From Microbotryum violaceum (Eukaryota), in contig CDLV01000013.1 of NCBI GenBank assembly GCA_001244265.2, positions 186,001 to 250,000 of the forward strand: a DNA stretch of 64,000 bases, given 5' to 3'. Made by a program: the position numbers and the translations under genes. Below, piece after piece: positions 25,489 to 35,855 of the stretch. The notes beneath the pieces are model-generated. The model did not search any database and was not told where the DNA came from. It worked only from the letters and a program-made list of their open reading frames with translations. Numbering within the stretch: position 1 is the first letter of the stretch; the number at the start of each line of letters is the position of its first letter.

Positions 25489-28400
25489 TCAGAATCCAAC
25501 CATCCTCAATACCAGATACAGCGTCGAGCCGATCAACCTAAACGCCGACAGCGCCGCGACGGCCCAAAAGATGCCGACCATGTAATAATTGATCACGACC
25601 CCATTCTTGGACTCTTTGGCCAAGAACTCGGTCCAGAATTTGGAAGTGAACCCAATCACTAAAGCGAGATTGATCCCTAGGTAAGAGAGCAAGACGTTGG
25701 TCCTTAATACGGCGAATCGATCCGCTTGCTTTTGATCGATCGTTCGTTTGGTGTGGGTTTCGATCACCGGTTGCGACATCTCTTTACGCATTTGAATCCA
25801 CAATGCGTCAATGTCGTCCGGCGCGGTCGGGATGTCGACCTCGACAATGTCTTGCCCGTCCTTGTCTTTGGTCTTGGCAGCGTGTCCGAGATCCTTGATC
25901 ACGGTCGAACCTTTCGTGCCCCATGCCAGCTGCAGGAGCGAGGGGAGTAGTTGGGTCAGTAATAGCGCTTACTCTGGTTTGTGTGGTGAACTTACATCGT
26001 GCAAATTTGCGAAAGAATAAATGGTAAGAACGCTGATAAAGGACGGCAACAAGAATATGCTGCGCAACAAAAGTGCAGATCGAAATCAGCAACCGTTCAG
26101 CGAAAGCCTACTGCGACGAAGGGGACTCACTATTGGATGAAACAAGTAAAAAGATGCCAAGGGTCATAATGCAAGATTGAACTGATCAAGTACATGCCAT
26201 ACGTCGCCGCGAGGGAGATGACGATGTTCTGCGCACAGTGAGTGTCGAAGCCGTCAGGGGCGAGTCTTCAGCGAGGGGGCGAAAAAGTCCAACTTACTCG
26301 GAAACCACTCCGCTGCAAGAGCGCGTCAATATTCTTCCATCCGGACAGGGTATGCGGTACAGAGAGGTAGATCGTCCATGCGGTGCAATACAACGCGACT
26401 GCGACCGAAAGAAAGACCGCATCGGGTCAGCACTAGAGCTTTCGAGGAGGACTTGCTTCCGCGCACTCACTTCCGAATAAGACCGCGAATGACGTCATCA
26501 CCGCCACATACAGCCATTTCGAACCCGCGGGCTTATTCCCAAGTGCGCAAACGACTGCAGGAGGATTGAGAACGTCAGCTTTTCCGAAATTATCAACCGA
26601 CGCTGCGCACTCCCGTCCAAAAAAACCTACTCGTGATGCCAAGCGTAGCGATATAAACCGAGTTGGCGACGGAGATGATATCCGTTCCATAGCCTCCAAA
26701 TCCATCGTGCGCCGGATCGCTCGTCGCCGAGTTGCAAATGAAGAAGAAGGCGAGGTAGAAAGAACTGAGCCCGATCGTTTGAAACAACAATTGAATAAAG
26801 TTGTACAGGTAGATGACGCTGAGCCACAACTTCCTGAAGAACCCTTGCCCCGAGGTCCAAACGCGGTAATAGTGGAGCGACGAATGCAACGAAGCGAAGA
26901 ACGCGCCGTTGAGCCATCGTCGACGTTGGCCCAAGAACTCGGGCAACGTGTTGGGCGTGTCGGTCGAGGCCTTGGCGGATTTGACGTACTTGAGCGTCCA
27001 CGCCTCGTTCTTCTTGCACGTGATTTCCATGCACAGCAGACGATCTTCGGCGAGGTACATATTGGAGTCCGAGAGCGACGCGACGTTGCCCGGAGCGTGC
27101 ATCTTTTCCCCCAAAAAGTAGACGCGCAGAGGTTCGCCCAGGAGTGCTTTGTAGCGATACGCCGAAAAAGCGCCGGGTAAGACCGAGATGAAGCCAAAGA
27201 CCGATTCGAGCGGTTTGTCGAGGATGTTGGACATCTTGTACTCAAAGTTCTGCGCTGCGACGAGCGGGTTGAACAAGTTGCTGCAGCCTCGTCCCGTGTC
27301 GACCGTGATCTCTCCGCAAGCACCACCGATCCCGGAGTGCCTGTCAAATTCCTTCCACAAGTGGTAAATCGACGAGCCACCAGGGCGCGTACCTACATCG
27401 AGCAAGACGCAGACGTTGGGTCGTAATTGGTGACAAAAGGCGTTAAAGGCCCATCGATGCGAATTGAGCTTCTTCTTGTTCTGCTCCTTGAGGCAAAACA
27501 GGATCTGAATCGGCGAGATCCCACCCGAGACCTTGCCTTCCTTGTCGACGACGACCTGGGTTGTGTATTCGAAGAGGTGAGCCTCGACATCCGTCTTGTC
27601 GACCGTGTCCTTGGCAATACCATCCTGGAAGCAGCCGTACAGTCCCAAGATTTTGAGCGTGCGAGGATTGATCTTGGCCCGACCGTCCGAAACGATGCAA
27701 ACGACAATCTTTTTCCACGACTGTGATCCCCACGTTTTGGACTTTTGGCGTTCCTGCAGCATCTGTATGTTCTTGATCACGGAGGTAAAGGTACGACAGA
27801 AGAGTTCTTCGTCCTCGTTGTACATGGTCAGACAAATGAACAGCTCCGTCTGTCGTCCGTACTGCACTTGTCGTAACCTGTACCGTTGGCGCGTAAAGTC
27901 GTCGGGGTCATCGGTGACGGCCGTGTACCGCATCGTGCCCGATTCCTGATTCATATCTTCACCGCGGTACTTGTTGAACTGCTGAATAGACCTCGGTACG
28001 GGCAAGTCCATCACGAGATGGCCATCGACCAACGCGATCTGCCGTACAGACACGCCATCCTCAGTCTCAACTCCCGTTGAACGAGTGGCCGGCTCGGAGG
28101 CCGAAAGAAAGGGAGCCAGGGTACGAGCGAACTCACTTTTTTCCTACCACGCCTTTGCATGACCTTCATTCTCTCCTGATGGAAAGCACCTCCATTGTTG
28201 TGGTAATTTCCCAAAACACCACCTGCGCCGGGGATGTAATGCGTCGCGGGAACATAGGTCGGACCGACAGGGGCCGGGGCCTGCCAGGGCACGTGACGGA
28301 ATCCTCCTAGGTTAGGTGAAGGCGGAGGGAGGGCTTGTTGCTGAAACAGTTGTGGTGCAGGGTACGAAAGAGGGTAGAAGCCATCCTTTTCGGACTGGAC

Positions 28401-28853
28401 GTTCAACGCCGTATGCGAATTCGTCTGCGCGAACGTAGGGTCCTGGTAGACGCTCGAAGCGGGGTAAGTCGAGTGATGGCGAGTCGAGCGCGCCTGATCG
28501 ACATCGTCCATATCGCGTTCCATGTGGTAGTAATACGGATCTGTAAGCTCAATCGCGCTATGGTTCGTGGGTTCAGGTGCAGGGGTTTGGTAGTAAGGGT
28601 CTTGGTACGAATTCATTTGCGCCAAGGTAGGTCTTCGTGAGGGTAGGGCAAGAGGTTCCTGCGGTGGGAATGTGTGATCTTGTGGGCGTCCGAGCGGTTG
28701 ATTCGCCGAAGATCTGGGCGGACTCCGGTTGCGGACCGCGCCGCTATAGGACGACGCGGCGTCGTCAGGGTGGTATGAAGGGCGAGGTTGGGAAGGGTGG
28801 GCACCATAGTAGGTACTCAACGTCGTACGAGGTGGGGGACGATCTCTTGACAT
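25489..28853 (-). CDS. CHS: Chitin synthase (GT2, division 1)
   Basis: [73 protein letters not shown] and QRRRW, followed by C-terminal TM exons and a Pro-rich N-terminus. Confidence 0.96.
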
Positions 28854-30231
28854 CGTTCAGACCGGATGCTGTACAATAAAATCGGGGGCGAAGAGTTGGG
28901 AGAACGAAGATGAGCTCGAGCCGAAACACGTTGAGACGCGAGGGACGGACGCGCGACAAGGGGATAATATGGTGCATCCCAAAGTGGCTTCTCAACGACG
29001 CGTCGAGTTCAACACCTTCTTCTTTGGGTAGGAAATGGACTTTTCGGAGTCGTGGGAGGTCGTGGAAAGACGTGAACAGTCAAAAATAATTAAAACGAAC
29101 GTTGCTCAATCAGCGGCCCGTACTCTGATGAGCACTAACCCTCAAGCACAGCAACGTAAACCAGGTATATCGGAGTGTGATGAGGCCTGAGAGACATGAG
29201 TCCGGTGCTCTGAGCCCACAGGCCGCTGCGCGCTGGAGTCGCTCAGAGACGACCCGAGCACCCACTACACTTGATTGCCGCAAAAACTTTGCCCTGTTCG
29301 AGCCGTTCGTACGGGAACCAAGTCCAAACTCGCTCACATGCAGAAGCTTCACACGATGATTGGCGATTGGCAAGCTCGAAGAGGCACCCATTGGGCTCAC
29401 GTGGCCCGAGCGCGCACTGTGACCAACTTGCCCTCGAGCCCCGCAAGGCTAAAGTATGGCTAGATCAATATATTTATTACAACAAGATGCGCGCGGTCTG
29501 CTGTTCAACGTCATCGTCTTCTTCACTGCGACATCCACTTTTGATGCCGTCCAAGAATCGAAACGAGGTAACCGAACCCAAGAAAAAAAAAAGAAAAAAA
29601 AAGTCAGCACACGGTCCACGTGAGCAGGTTCTAGTGAATGTTGATCAGTGAGGCGAGGAGACAAGCAATGGGATCTACAAGCATGGAAAGCTCAGATCAG
29701 TAAGTGATCCTTTTAGCGGCCCAAAAGCCGAAGACTCACCAGGGTAACTATGAAATGACCATCATTGTGGGGTCGCAATGCCAACCACGGTCTGGCTCTC
29801 CCGCAATGGAAGAGGATCGATTTATACGCGAAAAATGGCGGTAGCGTCTCATCACATCCCATGCTTTTGGTTCTTCCTCCTCTATGGCAGTGTCGCCTTC
29901 CTCGAAGGAGACTGGAACAGCTTGTGTGCAGAAAATGTGTGTAGAATCAAGACTCACCCATGATGGCCGTTGGACATGCCCCGCGCCGATGAGCGGTGAC
30001 CGATGTGGGGAGTAAGAAAGCAAGAGGGAACGAACACGCCCAGTCGAGCGGCGCGTTGCGAAACTTTTCCCGGGCAAGCCACTGCGAGTGCTCAGCGCGC
30101 GCGCGAGCTTCGGCGGAGGCTGCGTGGGGGGCAAACCATCCAGCGTGGACATCTCAGCACCGCTGGCAACCTCATAAGGAGCCAACAGTCCAAGCTCACC
30201 CGTTACAATGGTGGATGGGTCGTGTGCTCGG

Positions 30232-30747
30232 TTACGAAGACGGTGTGGCGGGTGCTGTAGGATCGAGGGCCGGATCGAGGGCCGGAGACGCCTTGCTGCC
30301 AAGCCTGACCTCGTGCACCAGCAGCGGAGGAGGAAGCACCGACTGCCACATATACTTGAGAGTGCCCTTGACCCTTTCGTATTCGACGTCGTCGGGTGTC
30401 ATCCTCTCGCCTGTGCGAGTGTGGTAGAGGGAGAAAATGGCGAGGTCAGAGCGACGCTCCACTCCAGTCGACAGGTGTGGTGGCCACTACGACGGTGACG
30501 ACTGCTCACCCTTCCAGTAGAACACCCCCCAAATCCTTCCCTTAGGTTTAGGACCCGAAAAGTCAAGTCGAACCTTCTTGATCTCCCACCTCGACGTCGG
30601 CGGCGCAGAGACTTTGCTGGCGGAGTAGGTCGGTACGGGGATGCCCATTTCGGCCCATCGCGTCTCGTACACGATCGCGTTGAGACCGTCTCGAGGGAGG
30701 AGAGAGAGAAGGCGAGGGAGTTGAACAGGTCGAGACGCGAACGACAT
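30232..30747 (-). CDS. Small basic protein, putative mitochondrial ribosomal protein mS34-like
   Basis: LLSLLPRDGLNAIVYETRW...RWEIKKVRL...GRIWGVFYWKG|ERMTP...ERVKGTLKYMWQ. Resembles the mS34 pattern from memory. A longer spliced isoform to 29748 is possible. Confidence 0.55.
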
Positions 30748-31156
30748 GGCTGCCGGTTGAACGTGAAAGGTCGGTGCGGGGCAGGAGGGAGGCAGAGATG
30801 GGACCGACTGGCGCGCGTCATGGCGGCCACTGCACGACTCTCGATCTCGGCCTCGAGGGATTACGATCAAGTAACATCATCGAAAGAACCTGCAGCTTTC
30901 CAGTGTCATAAAATACCGGACTGTCTCATAGAGAATTGTCAATCACTGAGATCGCCTGTCGTGTAAGGCTGACTCTCCTTTTCCGAGACAGGAGGCTCGA
31001 GCCTCAAGGACCTCGACCGACGCACCCGTCTTCGCATTTGAATGGGAAAAGAAGAAGATTATGCAATTGCGTATCAAACCGAAATCATTCTTGCTACACT
31101 ATTCAACACACACGAACCCTGTCGCAAGCATTAGGTTTACCATCGAACCCATTTTA

Positions 31157-33120
31157 TCAATCGAGATCATCAATCGGCAAGCTTTGCCTCTCCTCCTCTG
31201 CGGCCCTGGCTCTCCCCGCAGCTCGAGATGCCGATCGAGAACGTTCGACATCGGGCCAGCTCCCAGGCAGGCCTGAGGTATCCTCCCCATCACTTGCGTT
31301 CGAGCCACCACTGCCACTCCCATTTGCTTCGGCCTCGGTTCGGGTATTTGAAGCCGACGCCGCCGCGGTAGTTCTAGCTTGGTTTCCAGTCGCGGCTCCA
31401 TCGGCAGCAGCATCAGGAAGCACACCATTGACAGGTTGCGGCACGAGTTGAAATCGACATGTAGGACACGTCCCCGATTGTTCGAGCCAAGGGACCAAGC
31501 ATTCGTCGTGGAAGGCGTGCTTGCATTGAAGAACGAGGAAGCGGTCGCCGACGCTTGCCGGGTCTTGGCAGATCGTGCAGTCTTGAAAGTGCGAAGTGGG
31601 GTCGTCTGTCGGATAAAGACGCTGTGCGATCAGCTTTCTAGTCAGGTGTTGACCCTTTCCGGAATTGCTCACCGATCATGGCTTGAGAGACGGTGACTCT
31701 CGGTAACTCGTCGATCATTTCCTTGGGTGCCGGTTGAGGGCCAACTCGGCCAGAAGCCTGGAGTGTGCACGCAAGAAGTGAGGTTCTGTAGCGACAGTAG
31801 AGTTTGAATGGAAGCACTTACATGTGCCATGAGATCATTCAGCAAATTCTGAAACGACTCCTCACCCCAAGCATAGTCCCTTGGGTTGCTCGCCAAAGGC
31901 ACCGCCGCTCCTCCGCCGAAGGCGTTCAACATCTGAATGAAGTAGTCAAACGGCGATCCTTCTCCCGATTCACCGCCGCGACCCTGTTGAGCCCCTCCAT
32001 TCCCGCCTTGGGTATTGCCGTTGTTGTTTTCGTCATCGTCATTGTGCCCACCCTCGGCGAAAGGGTTATTGTGAGGATCGTCGGCTGGGTCGACAGGTGG
32101 AGCTCCGAAAGCCTCACCAAGAAAGGCGCTGTGTGCGTCGATTCTGCTGATCAGACGAGTCTCCAACTTACTGATGGTGCCCATCTGGACTCACGCAAGG
32201 TTCCGTAGCGGTATCTCGTCTCCTTCTGCCCTCGGTCGCTGAGCGTCGCCACCATGTCGCTGACCACCGTAGGGTAGGTCATCATCATCCGGATCGCCAG
32301 GATCGTGGCCCTCCTGCTCTCTCCTCCTCCTCTGCTCTGCTGCTCGACCAGCTGCACCCGCTCCTCCATCGTGTGCCTGTGCTTCTGCACCTCCTGGCTG
32401 AGCTGGTTCTGGGTTCGGTCGCCCCTGAGCGGCTCCAATTGCCGCTCCAAAGGCCCTCAACAGACCCATCACACCTCCCCCAGATGCATTCACGCCCTGA
32501 GCATTCCCACCCGCGCCTGATCCACCAAATTGAATGACTCTTGCTTGACCATCTGGTCCTTGGGTGATGATGCGCAGTGCAGGAACTCGTCCTGCACCCG
32601 CTGCTCCACCAGCCCCGCCTTGCCCAGCCGCCGCTGCTGCTTCAAAGAAGCCAGACGGCCCATCGTTGACAGCCGTGCCGGGTGCTTCTGGATAGCCAAA
32701 GTCTCGAGGGTCATCGTTCGAGTCTTCTTCCACCTGAGAGAGGGACAAAAAGCAGATGAGCGTTGAGAATTGGATGGTAGAGGTGTGGTGCAAGCTGGAT
32801 GGAACTGACCTCTTCGACGAACGAGTCGCGACATACAGAGCAGGTTGGTTCGGGTGCTCGGATGATGGGTTGTTCTTGCCCGCAGGCGTGACTGTAGAAG
32901 TACCTGATCTAGTCAATCCACCGTTCCGCAGACGGTACCCGCTCTAGAGCTACTTCGATGGTCACGAGCTGACTCTTGGCCGGCCGAGACGGAGGCGATG
33001 ACAGCTATCCACTGCACGGAGCTGGTTGAACCAGGTACGTGTTTCATGTCGCAGCCTGCAATCGCAATCGAGCGGAAGTAATACTCACCACCACCAACGC
33101 GATTCGTTGTTGGCCGACAT
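31157..33120 (-). CDS. RING-H2 E3 ubiquitin ligase with N-terminal zinc ribbon (RNF126/RNF115-like)
   Basis: Spliced N-terminus WWCHAC...PTCSVCRDSFVEE, then NPRDYAWGEESFQNLLNDLM, and RING-H2 CTICQD...CKHAFHDECLVPWLEQSGTCPTCR. Confidence 0.88.
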
Positions 33121-33639
33121 GGTTCGGGTCGCCTGGCTGTCGTTGCTGCTGATATTGACCGGTGCAGAGCGTTCAGGCGGCGCGAGAGAGCTTTTGAGAG
33201 CTTCCGGCAGATGTTGCAATTAAGGTGGCGTATCTGTCAAGGTGTTTACTAATCGCCATTCTCCGCGACACGCCCTGCAGTGGCGAGCACGGACCCATGT
33301 TTGATACTCGTGGACCGCGAATTTACGCACTACATATCTGGCACTCGCTGGAGACGCGTTCTGAGATTTATTTCGTTTCACCACCAGCTGCACCTGAGTA
33401 AGACGATGTTTTAGACATACAAAAGCTAGGCCTGACAATCAAAACTAAACACCGCGGTGAAGTGAGCCCAAAGCGTTAGGCGACCCGCCGGAGTTGAGCA
33501 TTACCGAACGTAAGCGCGGCTGCCGACTTGCCGGGATTGCCGCGCAGTTTCTTTCCTCCACCTCCTCCACCTTCGCCTTCCCTTGCTTGGCACATTTTTT
33601 CCCTTCCTTCCGCACCTCCGCACCGCATTCACCCGCACC

Positions 33640-35492
33640 ATGTTCTCCCAAGTCGCCCGCCGCTCCGCCCTCGTCGCCCGTGCTGCAACCGCTTCCACTC
33701 GACGGGTTGTGCCGTCGGCTGCTCGGTCAGTCTGCCCCTCCGCTCCTCCCCGGCTTTCATGCTCGAGTGGTCCACAGTCGACACTTGACGATCGTGGCGC
33801 GTGGACCCCTTTTCACACGAATCTACGCTGATACCCCCCTCTCTCACGTCTATGCAGTGGTTTTGCTACCGAGTCTGAGCTGCCCACGCTGTCGTCGTTG
33901 TACAAGCTCACCGATGAGGAGGAGATGCTCCGTGATGCCGGTCAGTCGACAGTCGACGCCCACACTCCTCGTTGCCGTCGGGTGCGGAGAGCGGGCCGTC
34001 GCGATGGCGTACGACCGCAGGTCCGATCAAGCAACTCGTGAACTGAAACTTTTAGTGTTCGATACACAGTCCGCAAATTCGCCGAAGAGGTTGTCGCACC
34101 CAAGGTCGAGGCGATGGACGAGGCCGAGAAGATGGACCCGGTCATCATCAAGGGTCTCTTCGACCAGGGCGTCAGTCCATGGTTCATAACGTGACTTGGC
34201 ACAGGATCGTATTGACCTTGCTTGTATATCTAAATCGACAGCTCATGGCCATTGAGACCGACCCTGAACTCGGAGGTGCCGGCGCATCCTTTACTTCGGC
34301 CATTTTGGTGATCGAGGAACTCGCCAAGGTCGATCCTTCGGTCTCGGTCTTGTGCGATGTCCACAACACCCTCGTCAACACGATCCTACGCCATTACGCC
34401 ACCCCTGAGCTTCGCGAAAAGTACTTGCCCCAACTTTCGGCCGACAAGCTTGGCTCGTTCTGCCTTTCGGAACCCAATTCGGGTTCGGATGCGTTTGCGC
34501 TCAAGACCACCGCCATCAAGAGTGCGGATGGGTCTCACTACGTTATCAACGGATCAAAGTCATGGATCACCAACTCGGCCGAGGCGGGCCTCTTCCTTGT
34601 CAGTTCCAAATGGCCCCAGCTGGTGGTTTAAACCACTTCAGGGCACTGACTGACCCGAACCGCTCGATGGCACGCACACACTCTCAGGTCTTTGCCACTT
34701 CTGACGCTAGCAAGGGTTACAAGGGTATTTCATGTTTCCTCGTCGAGAAGGAGATGGGTGTCGAGATCGCCAAGAAGGAGAAGAAGCTCGGTATCCGCGC
34801 TTCGTCGACGTGCACGCTCAACTTTGACAATGTCAAGGTCCCCGCCGCCAGCTTGATCGGCGAAGAGGGCAAAGGTTACAAGATTGCGATCGAGATCTTG
34901 AACGAAGGACGAGTCGGTATCGCGGGACAGATGGTCGGACTTGCACAGGGTGCCTTCAACAAGGCCGTGCCGTACACGTTCCAGCGCCAGCAGTTTGGTC
35001 AAGCCGTCGGCTCGTTCCAGGGGATGCAAATGCAGTTTGCCGAGATTGCGACCGAAATCGAGGCCGCACGTTTGTTGACTTACAACGCCGCAAGGCTGAA
35101 GGAGGAGGGACAGCCATTTACCAAGCAGGCTGCTATGGCCAAGTGGTACGCTTCCGTCGTGGCGCAAAAGGCATCCGGTGCGGCTATCGAATGGGCCGGC
35201 GGTGTCGGGTTCACTCGTGAGTTTCGCTCGCTGCTGCATGGGCCGAGACGAGGGGATGGGACCTTACTGATTTTTTTGCATCCATTTCTGCAGGTGAGGT
35301 CGGTATCGAAAAGTTCTGGCGGGATTCCAAGATCGGTGCCATCTACGAAGGCACCTCCAACATCCAACTCCTTACGATCGGTGAGTTCGGCGATAAACGT
35401 CAAGCTGGGGGAATCCAGCAAGTAGAAACTGATCCTCCAGTTCTCTCTTCTCCATCCTACCAGGCAAATTCATCACCAAAGAGCACTCGTAG
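33640..35492 (+). CDS. ACADSB: Mitochondrial short/branched-chain acyl-CoA dehydrogenase
   Basis: Presequence [107 protein letters not shown]. Confidence 0.94.
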
Positions 35493-35855
35493 ATTATTTT
35501 TGTATTGGTCCCGTTTTTGGTTAATATCCCATTGTTACTCCTTTTCCTCGCATCCCATTCAATCTCGCTGTGCGAGCGCCTGGGTCTGGAAATCCAGTTG
35601 CTAGCCCTGAGGGGGCGCAAGATCATCAGAATGTTATATGTGAGGACGTTCAGATGTGATGATGGGGATATTCATTCCTCGTGCTCCCGAGTGGCAACCG
35701 CCTCGAGCGGCAAGCGACGGTGTTGGGGTTGGATCTCGCTGGACCGTTCGCATTGCCTCGCATCTCCTCGCATTTCCATTTGGCTCTTATCCCCACCGCG
35801 CTCAAGCCGCTATCCTCCTTTCCTGCTCCTTCTCAAACCATCTGATCACGGCAAC

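Noticed and set aside
26290-26330. Apparent frameshift in a chitin synthase exon
   Set aside because: Careful reading gives in-frame [13 protein letters not shown] with a canonical GTAAG donor.
29581-29603. A-rich tract (also the C-run at ~38787-38800)
   Set aside because: Simple homopolymers with no associated TSD or retroelement body.
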